From NCBI GenBank assembly GCA_040222015.1, contig JAVJWO010000173.1, positions 1-59,306 on the forward strand: a stretch of DNA of 59,306 nt, written 5' to 3'. The notes under the pieces were generated by a model, which was not told the origin of the DNA, ran no database searches, and saw only the letters and a list, made by a program, of their open reading frames with translations. The position numbers were made by a program, and so were the translations under genes. This document shows, piece after piece, positions 50,797 to 59,306 of the stretch (the first letter of the stretch is position 1; every line of letters begins with the position of its first letter). This DNA is from Coleofasciculus chthonoplastes F2-STO-03. Its GTDB lineage: Bacteria > Cyanobacteriota > Cyanobacteriia > Cyanobacteriales > Coleofasciculaceae.

Positions 50797-51942
50797 CTAG
50801 ACAGTTGTACTCATTTGAGAGAGGGCATCTTTCACCCGCTGATTGCGAATTTCACCAGCGTGGGTAATACAGGTGCTGTCTACAATATCATCCTCAAAAT
50901 TGAGTTGTAACTGTCCCTCTTTGACCAGGTACTGTAATAACGTTGAGATATTCTTGGCGTACATCTGGCTGGCGTGGGTGGGCATAGACGCGGGGACATT
51001 GATTGGACCGATAACGGTTACGCCATGACGAACGATATCTTTTCCAGCTTCAGTAACGGCACAGTTTCCACCTTGTTCAGCGGCGAGATCCACGATCACT
51101 GAACCCGGACTCATTTGCTCAACCATCTCTTCCGTCACCAGTACGGGAGCTTTTTTGCCGGGAACTTGGGCGGTGGTAATCACCACATCTGCCTGCTTAA
51201 CGTGTTCCGCGATCACCTCTTGGGTGCGCTGCTTCGCGGCGTCAGAGACTTCCTTGGCATATCCCCCTTCAGCCACGGTATCTTCTTGGAGATCGACCTC
51301 AACAAACTTCGCCCCCAGGCTTTGTACTTCTTCCTTCACCGCTGGACGAATATCAAAGGCTTCTACCATAGCACCCAAGCGTCGGGCAGTCGCGATCGCT
51401 TGCAGTCCAGCTACACCTGCACCCAGGATAAACACTTTTGAGGGTTTGATTGTTCCCGCTGCTGTAGTTAACATGGGAAAGAATTTCGGTAACGCGGCGG
51501 CGGCAATCAGTACCGCTTTGTACCCGGCTACCCCAGCTTGGGAAGACAGCGCATCCATACTCTGGGCGCGACTGGTACGGGGAATCAACTCCATACTGAA
51601 GGCAGTCACCTTACGATTTGCCAGTTTCTGGGCAACCTCTGGCTTACCGAGGGGACTGAGGAAGCTAATTAGTGTTGAGCTTTCCCGCATCTGGTTAATT
51701 TCATCATCCTTGGGAATGCCCACTTTCAGGATGACATCAGCTTCAGCCCAGAGTTTACCTGGATCTGAGACTAGGGTAGCTCCCGCCTCCTCATAAGTGC
51801 GATCGCTAAAAAACGATGCCTCTCCCGCACCGTTTTCCACCCAAATCTCTAAGCCCTGTTTGACCAACCGGGCAACCGTATCCGGAATCAGGGCGACCCG
51901 ATTTTCGCCCACTTCAATTTCTTTAACCAGTGCTATTTTCAT
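50797..51942 (-). CDS. pntA: NAD(P) transhydrogenase alpha subunit part 1 (NAD-binding domain I)
   Basis: E.RVAL.P, PR.SRAQSMDALSSQ, GAGVAGLQA and DLAAEQGGNC motifs. Confidence 0.96.
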   Translation of the reverse strand: MKIALVKEIEVGENRVALIPDTVARLVKQGLEIWVENGAGEASFFSDRTYEEAGATLVSDPGKLWAEADVILKVGIPKDDEINQMRESSTLISFLSPLGKPEVAQKLANRKVTAFSMELIPRTSRAQSMDALSSQAGVAGYKAVLIAAAALPKFFPMLTTAAGTIKPSKVFILGAGVAGLQAIATARRLGAMVEAFDIRPAVKEEVQSLGAKFVEVDLQEDTVAEGGYAKEVSDAAKQRTQEVIAEHVKQADVVITTAQVPGKKAPVLVTEEMVEQMSPGSVIVDLAAEQGGNCAVTEAGKDIVRHGVTVIGPINVPASMPTHASQMYAKNISTLLQYLVKEGQLQLNFEDDIVDSTCITHAGEIRNQRVKDALSQMSTTV

Positions 51943-52597
51943 GATGACTCCTTATAGACTAACCGAAAAAATATGCCTTGGTCGTTAGGCTAATGCCTTA
52001 TGTACGAAGGTCGTATTTTTATGACATGATAGCCCTTGTGCCTTCCTTTTGCATCAACACTATCTAATCGATCTTTGGCTGAGAAAATTCGTCTGTCTTG
52101 AGGACGATTGAGTGAAGTTTTTTCTCCCTACTACGTTGGTGAGACGTTTCATCCCAACTCGCTAATAGAATTTGCCTGAGAGTTAACCTCTTTGTTAGGG
52201 TTGCCACCTGTGCGTGTGGTAGTGGTAGATGAACAACTAAGAGCGTTATCCTTGCTTATCTTGAGAAGCCAGCTAAGTCATTCGTTTAGGTAAGGGGTTG
52301 TGGGCTATTTACAAAACTCAATATAGTTTAGTTTATTATCACCAAACTACCTATTACCGACTTGAACAATTAATTTAGCTATCGTACATATCACTTGAAT
52401 ATAGAGAAGTTTTTGATAAAAAACATAAACCCATCTTCCTGTCTTCATCCGCCTCAACTATTAAATTACAAGCATGATCACGTTCTCCCACTCAATATAC
52501 CTAGATAAATGTCGATTAATTCGACAATCTGGCTCATTACATAGATCTCCATTTTTGGGGAATAATCAGAAGTATGAGCAGCTTTTTTCAAAATTTG

Positions 52598-52613
52598 TGT
52601 ATATTTAACTACA
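52598..52613. promoter_or_regulatory. Candidate NtcA box in the pntA / DUF2808 divergent region
   Basis: TGTA-TATTTAAC-TACA matches the full TGTA-N8-TACA consensus. Confidence 0.45.
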
Positions 52614-52893
52614 GATACGACGAAGACGCACTAAAGGGATGACTAGAAGCTGCCAGACACTTTAGCTGAGTCAAAGCTGAGAGTCAAGCCAATTAGAACT
52701 TACTGAATAAGCGTTGTGGTGAGTGGGAACCCTTGAAGCTCTTGGAGCTGGGGGAAATAAGCCAAGGCACTTTTGCTATCTTTTAAGCGTCTGTACCATC
52801 GCCGGACTACAACATGACGTAAATCTGCTACAGTCAAAGATTGTAAAGTTTAGTAACAAGCTTAGTTTTAGTACAGCCAAAGGTTTCTCTCTT

Positions 52894-53427
52894 ATGTTTA
52901 TCAGCAAATCTCCGTTAGGACGATTCGTTTCAGCCGTTGCCTTAACAGGCTGTTTATTCACGGGTGTAGCCCTTCGGACATTGGCTCAGAGTAATCCTGG
53001 GCTGACGATTTTTAGCGGGGTGGAACGGGAAAACATTCTGAGGTATCATTTCGACTTTGGGGGTCGTGCTGCGGCTTGGGATCGATTGAAACTGAGGATT
53101 CCGCAGAAAAAGATGGAATTGGCGGTGCAGCAGATTGACCTACGTTATCCCGATTATTACACCGGAAAATTTGATCCCGATCGCGTGGAAGTTAGGGTTA
53201 ATGGCGAATCCCTACCCATTGCTGAGGTGAACTGGGATAAAGACAATTACCAGCTTCAGATTTATATGCAGGAGCCAATTCCCGCCCAAGAGAAGGTGGA
53301 AATCGTCTTGTCTAATTTGAAAAATCCTCGGTTCGGCGGTACGTTCTACTTTGAATGTCTGGTATGGACTCCGGGTGATGTTCCCCTACCCCGTTATCTG
53401 GGAACCTGGATTGTTACAGTGAGTTAG
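52894..53427 (+). CDS. DUF2808-like exported protein
   Basis: Signal-peptide-like N-terminus, YPDYY.G.F, NP..GG.FYF and YLGTW motifs; usual position upstream of rpmH. ATG at 52894 is preferred. Confidence 0.78.
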   Translation: MFISKSPLGRFVSAVALTGCLFTGVALRTLAQSNPGLTIFSGVERENILRYHFDFGGRAAAWDRLKLRIPQKKMELAVQQIDLRYPDYYTGKFDPDRVEVRVNGESLPIAEVNWDKDNYQLQIYMQEPIPAQEKVEIVLSNLKNPRFGGTFYFECLVWTPGDVPLPRYLGTWIVTVS

Positions 53428-53535
53428 GGTATTGAAATGCTACCATAATAGATCGTGACTCTTTGGTGAACTGGGGAAAGGAATATAACTCCTTTCACTT
53501 TCTATTTGAAGATGTAGCAGGATAAACAATAAACA

Positions 53536-53673
53536 ATGACAAAACGAACATTAGGCGGTAGTAACCGCAAGCAAAAACGCAAATCAGGATTTCGCGCCCG
53601 CATGCGAACCAAAAACGGTCAAACTGTGATTAAAGCCCGCCGCAGTAAAGGACGTTATCGTTTAGCTGTGTAG
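53536..53673 (+). CDS. rpmH: 50S ribosomal protein L34 (not in ORF track)
   Basis: Translates to [45 protein letters not shown]; upstream of rnpA. Confidence 0.96.
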   Translation: MTKRTLGGSNRKQKRKSGFRARMRTKNGQTVIKARRSKGRYRLAV

Positions 53674-53838
53674 TGTTAATCGTGTCCAGGTTTAGGACTG
53701 ACTGTTAGGCGTTGATTCGGGTAGGGTGCTTGATCATGCGCCCTATCGCCCCTTCCCTGACAAATGACGAATGACCAAGGACAAATGACGTAGCTTGCTT
53801 CTTGAAAGGGAGTGAGTATGACCAAGGACAAATAACAA

Positions 53839-54243
53839 TTGTTGCCTCAAGAGCATCGACTTAAGCATTGGCGAGATTTTAAGGCAGTATACCAAAAAGG
53901 AATTCGTCGCTATGGACGCCATTTAACCGTGCGCGGGTTACATTTGCCTAGGGTTAACCATGAAGATGGACTCCGTTCAGACAAATCACAGGTCAATCCT
54001 CCTACTCCATCCCCCACTCGTATCGGTATTTCCGTTAGCCAAAAAGTCAGTAAAAAAGCCGTTATCCGTAATCGCCTGAAACGGCGAATTAGAGCCGCTT
54101 TGCGCCAATTATTGCCGCGACTGATACCCGGTTGGCATGTCATAGTTGGAGTGCGCCCCAGCGCCTTGGAGTGCGAATATGCTCAATTTTTGCAAGAATT
54201 AGAGCAGTTATTGGTAGATGCTGAGGTAATAAATGGGCATTAA
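53839..54243 (+). CDS. rnpA: Ribonuclease P protein component
   Basis: LP..HRLK...DF..VY and RIGISVSQKVSKKAVIRNRLKRR (RNR motif). Confidence 0.95.
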   Translation: MLPQEHRLKHWRDFKAVYQKGIRRYGRHLTVRGLHLPRVNHEDGLRSDKSQVNPPTPSPTRIGISVSQKVSKKAVIRNRLKRRIRAALRQLLPRLIPGWHVIVGVRPSALECEYAQFLQELEQLLVDAEVINGH

Positions 54244-54625
54244 AGAAGAAACCTATTATGAGGGGGGTCCCCATATCGGTGACTTGATTATAAACATTTT
54301 GTTGGGGTTCACGGTTATCGCCCTGCCCTTAACCATTGGGGCGGTTGTGCGGGCGTTATGGCTGCGCTATCGGGTGACAACTCGTCGCATTTCGGTGACA
54401 GGGGGATGGCAAGGGCGCGATCGCACGGATATTATCTACTCCGAAATTGCTCAACTGCGGAAAGTTCCCCGTGGTATCGGTCTGTGGGGCGATATTGTGG
54501 TTATCCTGAAAGATGGTAGCCGTTTAGAACTGCGGGCTATGCCTCAGTTTCGCGAAATTTACGATTATATCGGTGAAAAAGTTTCTGCCAAAACGGGTAA
54601 ACCTCTAGATTCCGTTAAGGCTTAA
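54233..54625 (+). CDS. bPH-domain membrane protein (cyanobacterial rnpA-yidC intervening gene)
   Basis: YYEGGPH.GDL and RALW.RY.VT.RRISV.GG motifs; conserved synteny. Confidence 0.85.
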   Translation: MGIKEETYYEGGPHIGDLIINILLGFTVIALPLTIGAVVRALWLRYRVTTRRISVTGGWQGRDRTDIIYSEIAQLRKVPRGIGLWGDIVVILKDGSRLELRAMPQFREIYDYIGEKVSAKTGKPLDSVKA

Positions 54626-54963
54626 AGTATAGCGGCGGTGAGCAAGGGAGCAATGTTCGTGGGTGTCGGGTATTGGGTGTCGGGTGTGGGGAATAATTGA
54701 ACTCCTCACCTCGTTCAGACAACTCTAAGTTGAAGGAGCGCCAACATGATCAGAAATTTCTGCCAAATTTATGTATTTTTGGATACATTTTCCCATTGAA
54801 TTTCTTTTGGCTGCCCAAGACGGCGATCGCCTGAAAGCTGCCCCCATGGGGTGAAAGCGTGGAGAATCCCCAGGGCAATTGCGGGACATTGCCTCCCATT
54901 GCCGCCAATATTCGATAAATTAGATTCAGAAAACGTTACAGCGCCTAGGTTGACTTTATACGA

Positions 54964-56133
54964 ATGGATTTTGGTATCGGGTTTCTTTCCAACAACGTCA
55001 TGCTGCCAATCCTGGATTTCTTTTACGGGATTGTGCCTAGCTACGGTCTTGCCATCGTGGCACTGACTCTGGTAATTCGCTTTGCTCTCTATCCCCTGAA
55101 CGCAGGCTCCATTCGCAACATGAGGCGCATGCGAATTACCCAACCCTTAATGAAAAAGCGGCAAGAGGAAATTCAGCAACGCTATGGCGATGACAAGGTA
55201 AAACAACAAGAGGAGATGAGCAAACTCTTCCAGGAGTTTGGTAATCCTCTAGCCGGGTGTTTCCCTGTGCTACTGCAAATGCCTGTATTGTTTGCCCTAT
55301 TTGCCACATTGCGGGGATCACCGTTTTCCAATGTGAACTACACAGTGGATGTACAAATCTTTCCCCGGGAGAAAATGGAGTTCATCCAGCCCCAAGCTTT
55401 TGCAACTAAACCCCAAAATATTTACTTTGCCGATGGGGTTCATTCACCCGTCGCCGCTGTCTTACCCAGTGGTAATCGGTTAGTGGTGGGGGAGAAAACC
55501 CCAATCGACTTTCAATCCGTTGAAGGGAAATCCCTCAGTACCCTAGAGAAGGAATATCCAGACACCAAAATTGTGCCTAAATGGGAAATCACCAAAGGGG
55601 AAGACAAGGTACACTTTGCCGAAGATGGCACCCTGGAAGCCTTAGAACCGGGTGACGTCACCCTAAAGGCGACAATTCCCGGACTAGCCGCCGAGCGAGG
55701 ATTCCTATTTATTAATGCCCTAGGACGAGTGGGCGCCTTTGGAGATGATGGCGAAATCCACTTGGATATTGTGGGCATGATTCTATTTTTTGGCGTGAGT
55801 TTGTATGTGAACCAGGTTCTCACGGGTCAAAATGCTCCTAGTGGTTCATCCCAGCAAAATACGGTGAATAAGATTACGCCAGTTTTATTCTCCGGGATGT
55901 TCTTCTTCTTCCCCTTACCCGCCGGGGTATTGATGTATATGGTGATTGCTAACGTTTTTCAGACGCTGCAATCCTTCATTTTAATGCGAGAACCCCTACC
56001 GGACAATATCCAAAAAATGGTTGAGGAGCAAGAAAAAGCGGAACAGAAAACCCAATCCAAGGACAAGTCCGGCGAAGGGCGAGAATCACTGCCATTTGAA
56101 CCGAAACGTTCCAAGAAAAAAGCGTCAAGTTAG
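54964..56133 (+). CDS. yidC: Membrane protein insertase YidC
   Basis: [29 protein letters not shown] and PAGV.MY motifs. Confidence 0.96.
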   Translation: MDFGIGFLSNNVMLPILDFFYGIVPSYGLAIVALTLVIRFALYPLNAGSIRNMRRMRITQPLMKKRQEEIQQRYGDDKVKQQEEMSKLFQEFGNPLAGCFPVLLQMPVLFALFATLRGSPFSNVNYTVDVQIFPREKMEFIQPQAFATKPQNIYFADGVHSPVAAVLPSGNRLVVGEKTPIDFQSVEGKSLSTLEKEYPDTKIVPKWEITKGEDKVHFAEDGTLEALEPGDVTLKATIPGLAAERGFLFINALGRVGAFGDDGEIHLDIVGMILFFGVSLYVNQVLTGQNAPSGSSQQNTVNKITPVLFSGMFFFFPLPAGVLMYMVIANVFQTLQSFILMREPLPDNIQKMVEEQEKAEQKTQSKDKSGEGRESLPFEPKRSKKKASS

Positions 56134-56135
56134 CT

Positions 56136-56618
56136 ATGAGTAATCAGCAGCGGGGTCAACAGTGGCTAGAAGAGTTGCTACGCTTATCCAATGTGTCAGC
56201 GACAGTACAAGTCACTGATGAGAACCAAGATAGTAAAGCCAACTACTGGTTAACCATTGATCAAAGCCAATTGACTGAGGCAGAGATTCAAACCCTGATT
56301 GGCGTTAATGGTAAGGTACTTGATGCGCTACAGTATCTGGCAAATGCAACGCTTAACCTCGGTAAGCCATTAGCGGATCAGGCGGCGTATACCGTTGAAC
56401 TCAATGGTTACCGTCTACAGCGTCAAGAGGAACTCCGGATACTGGCAGATCAGGCGGCACAGAAAGTACGGGAGACGGGTCAAGATTATGAATTGCGATC
56501 GCTCTCCGCCGCCGAACGCCGTCAAGTGCATACGTTGCTCCAGGAATGCGAAGATTTAGAAACCCACAGTCAGGGTCAAGAACCAAACCGTCGCTTGGTG
56601 GTGCGTCTGCGTCCTTAA
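56136..56618 (+). CDS. jag: Jag/KhpB family KH-R3H RNA-binding protein
   Basis: LIG..G..LDALQYL, ERRQVH (R3H) and S.G.EP.RRLVV motifs; follows yidC. Confidence 0.88.
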   Translation: MSNQQRGQQWLEELLRLSNVSATVQVTDENQDSKANYWLTIDQSQLTEAEIQTLIGVNGKVLDALQYLANATLNLGKPLADQAAYTVELNGYRLQRQEELRILADQAAQKVRETGQDYELRSLSAAERRQVHTLLQECEDLETHSQGQEPNRRLVVRLRP

Positions 56619-56680
56619 CTAAGGATTAGGGTTTAAAATCGGGGGTAGGGGTGGCTTGTTGGCAGCAAAGGAGTGGCATC

Positions 56681-57184
56681 ATGGAAGTAATTTATATTCC
56701 TGGATTGCTTAAATTACCAGAGCAAACCGAGGTGATTCAGGTCAAAGAATTCCTGCCCGATTTAGAAACGCTAACGCCTGTGCGAGGAGGCTTGCAAGTT
56801 AAGCATCAAGGGAATTATTTAGAAGTCTCGGCGCAAACCGAAACGATTATTACCCTAGCCTGTAACCGATGTTTGCAGCAGTACAATCATCGGTTAAGCG
56901 TGGATGTATCGGAACTGGTTTGGTTAGATGAAGCTGCCGATCAACAGGAGCTGGGTATATTGGAACGAGAAACACCCTTGGAGGAGTTAGTGGAAACCTT
57001 ACATCCCCAAGGGTATTTTGATCCCAATAGTTGGCTTTATGAGCAGTTGTGTCTAGAAATTCCACCTCGACAGTTATGTGACGCCAACTGTCCAGGAATT
57101 GTCATGGATGAGAATGATAGCACTAAGCCAACTGATCGGCGTTGGGATGCTCTGGAAATTTTGAAGGGAAAATTGCCAGGGTAA
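56681..57184 (+). CDS. YceD/DUF177 family protein
   Basis: C.RCL, C...C.G and D.RW.AL motifs. ATG at 56681 with GGAG RBS. Confidence 0.88.
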   Translation: MEVIYIPGLLKLPEQTEVIQVKEFLPDLETLTPVRGGLQVKHQGNYLEVSAQTETIITLACNRCLQQYNHRLSVDVSELVWLDEAADQQELGILERETPLEELVETLHPQGYFDPNSWLYEQLCLEIPPRQLCDANCPGIVMDENDSTKPTDRRWDALEILKGKLPG

Positions 57185-57489
57185 TTAATGGTCTTATGTC
57201 TTATGTCTTACTCGCTTCCCGAAAAGAAGCAAGCTACGTCTTATGTAATTTGCCTAGATCCATGTAGGGGCGGGTTTAGGGATAAATGTTGATTATTTAT
57301 CCTAACTGAGATACAAAACCCGCCCTCCTCTCATTTCATTTATCGCAGTCGTGTACACGGGGAATGGAGCCGATGCACTTTCTAAGAAAGGAAGTCCTGT
57401 CGGACTGCTATTTATGTAAGGGAACGAATTCCTCCCCATACATAAATGACAGGGGTTTCCATTCGCCCCCTTACCAACCCCGATTTTCT

Positions 57490-59004
57490 ATGAGTTTTAA
57501 TGATGAGTTTGAGCTGCTGCTACGCGCCCGCTATCCCCTAATTTACATCCCCACCCTGGAAGAAGAACGAGCCGAAGTCGCGATCGCACAGGCGGCTCAA
57601 CGGTTGGGTGAACGGGCGGTTTATTTGTGGGATTTTGTCGATGGCTATCAAGGGAACCCCAATGATCAAGGGTTTGGACGCCGCAACCCTTTACAGGCTT
57701 TAGAGTTTGTCGAGAAAATCCCCGCCAACGCCCCTTCTATATTTATCCTCAGAGACTTTCACCGCTTTCTAGAAGATATCTCCGTTTCTCGCAAACTGAA
57801 AAACCTGGCGCGACTCCTAAAATCCCAGCCGAAAAACCTCGTCATTGTTACCCCCCAAGTCGCCATCCCCCCAGACTTAACCGAAGTGCTGACGGTACAA
57901 GAGTTTCCCTTACCCGATGTTGGGGAAATCAAAGCCGAAATTAGCCGCTTAGTTGCCGCCACCAGCCAATCCCTCAGCGACAAAGTTTTAGATGAACTGG
58001 TGCGCTCTTGTCAAGGGTTATCCTTAGAACGGATACGCCGAGTATTAGCCAGAGCGATCGCGGTGCGGGGACAAATCCAACCCGATGACGTGGAAATGGT
58101 GCTAGAGGAAAAACGCCAATCGATTCGTCAAACCCAAATCTTAGACTATTACCCCACCAGCGAACGAATTTCCGATATTGGCGGCTTAGACAACCTCAAA
58201 GACTGGCTGCTGCGCCGAGGCGGTGCCTTTACCGAACGCGCCCGACAGTATGGATTACCCCATCCCCGTGGCTTGCTATTAGTCGGAATCCAAGGCACCG
58301 GAAAATCACTAACGGCTAAGGCGATCGCCCACCATTGGCATCTTCCTCTATTACGCTTAGATGTCGGGCGTTTATTCGGCGGCTTAGTGGGAGAATCCGA
58401 ATCCCGCACCCGCCAGATGATTCAACTCGCCGAAGCCTTAGCCCCCTGTATTCTCTGGATTGATGAAATTGACAAAGCCTTTGCCGGAGTAGAATCCAAA
58501 GGCGATTCCGGTACCGCCAGTCGGGTGTTTGGTACGTTCATCAACTGGTTAGCCGAGAAAAAATCCCCCGTGTTTGTCGTCGCCACCGCCAATAATATCC
58601 AAGCCCTCCCACCGGAAATGCTGCGGAAAGGGCGATTTGATGAAATCTTTTTTGTCGGCTTACCCTCTCAAGACGAACGCCAAGCGATTTTTGAACTGCA
58701 CTTAGGGCGACTGCGCCCTCATAACCTCAAAAACTATGATCTAGAACGACTCGCTTACGAAACCCCCGACTTTTCCGGCGCAGAAATTGAACAAACCCTG
58801 ATCGAAGCCATGCACATTGGCTTTAGTCAAAATCGAGATTTTACCACCGATGATATAGTAGAAGCCGCCAGCCAAATCGTTCCCCTAGCCCGTACCGCCC
58901 AAGAACAAATTCAATTTCTCAAAGACTGGGCAGCGGCGGGAAAAGCACGGATGGCGTCTAGAGATAATCGTTTAAGCAGTCGGATTCAGCGTCAACTGCA
59001 ATAA
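57490..59004 (+). CDS. ycf46: AAA+ ATPase Ycf46 family
   Basis: LRARYPLIY, IGGLDNLKDWL, GIQGTGKS, WIDEIDK and LRKGRFDEIFFV motifs. ATG at 57490 is preferred. Confidence 0.9.
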   Translation: MSFNDEFELLLRARYPLIYIPTLEEERAEVAIAQAAQRLGERAVYLWDFVDGYQGNPNDQGFGRRNPLQALEFVEKIPANAPSIFILRDFHRFLEDISVSRKLKNLARLLKSQPKNLVIVTPQVAIPPDLTEVLTVQEFPLPDVGEIKAEISRLVAATSQSLSDKVLDELVRSCQGLSLERIRRVLARAIAVRGQIQPDDVEMVLEEKRQSIRQTQILDYYPTSERISDIGGLDNLKDWLLRRGGAFTERARQYGLPHPRGLLLVGIQGTGKSLTAKAIAHHWHLPLLRLDVGRLFGGLVGESESRTRQMIQLAEALAPCILWIDEIDKAFAGVESKGDSGTASRVFGTFINWLAEKKSPVFVVATANNIQALPPEMLRKGRFDEIFFVGLPSQDERQAIFELHLGRLRPHNLKNYDLERLAYETPDFSGAEIEQTLIEAMHIGFSQNRDFTTDDIVEAASQIVPLARTAQEQIQFLKDWAAAGKARMASRDNRLSSRIQRQLQ

Positions 59005-59306
59005 GCTGTTCGGTATTTAGGTTAGGTACCTCAATCGCTCAAAGGCAACAGGCAACAGGGAATACACAATTTAAATGCGTCTTAGCTTAAAAGTTTTGAG
59101 TTTTGAATTTTGACCCTTCGCTTCGCTCAAACAACCTGGCGTGTCTGTAGGGGCGGGTTTAGGAACCACCCGTGTCAACTTAAGGTAGAAAATCAATGCT
59201 GGCAAGGTTTTAAGCTGTGTCTATTTACTCCTCGACATTTCCCCCTCATCCCCTAACCCCAACTCCGGACCCCCCTCGTTCCCCCCTACCCCCCTCGTTC
59301 CCCCCT

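Noticed and set aside
51155..51796. 213-aa plus-strand ORF, and similar shadows such as 14440-14817, 33181-33504 and 35369-35734
   Set aside because: They are antisense or off-frame shadows of well-supported genes.
50462..51942. Split pntA as a pseudogene
   Set aside because: A two-part alpha subunit is a normal architecture, and both ORFs are complete with their own starts.
51943..53535. oriC near rpmH
   Set aside because: No dnaA/dnaN gene and no cluster of DnaA boxes was seen.
57490..59004. AAA ATPase as the missing CIS Afp15 ATPase
   Set aside because: Its motifs and yidC-jag-yceD synteny identify housekeeping Ycf46, 14 kb from the module.

Overview
Cyanobacterial chromosomal segment, judged from dense HIP1 GCGATCGC sites, ndhAIGE, ycf46 and heptamer tandem repeats. 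A filamentous Oscillatoriales/Coleofasciculus-like host is an inference only. All assignments come from reading motifs by eye; no database search was run. In order, the window holds: (1) the 5' end and promoter of a 16S rRNA gene, glyQ, comEC and tRNA-Ser(CGA); (2) an accessory block with a repeat-rich WD40 protein, a yefM-yoeB toxin-antitoxin pair, a kinase-WD40 protein and a Gabija-like OLD nuclease + UvrD pair whose nuclease has lost its 5' end; (3) ndhE/G/I/A, citrate synthase, sixA, a DHH phosphoesterase and an HNH nuclease; (4) a three-gene signalling cluster (hybrid histidine kinase with a DXCF-type cyanobacteriochrome GAF, REC-GGDEF, REC-PAS-adenylate cyclase); (5) divergent from it, a ~13 kb contractile injection system (CIS) spike/baseplate module (tube initiator, VgrG, PAAR-like, gp25, baseplate J-like, tail protein, DUF4159-like, membrane-anchored WD40 protein) with no sheath, tube, cap or ATPase gene in the window; (6) anmK, a frameshifted IsrB (OMEGA) element with its omegaRNA region, a Ser/Thr kinase, pntA1/A2/B and the rpmH-rnpA-PH-yidC-jag-yceD-ycf46 cluster. 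The strongest candidate for a new system is the sheath-less CIS module with a candidate membrane anchor, a duplicated 16-bp NtcA-like site and an adjacent light-sensing c-di-GMP/cAMP cluster. Many very small mobile repeats occur throughout, some in frame inside genes.
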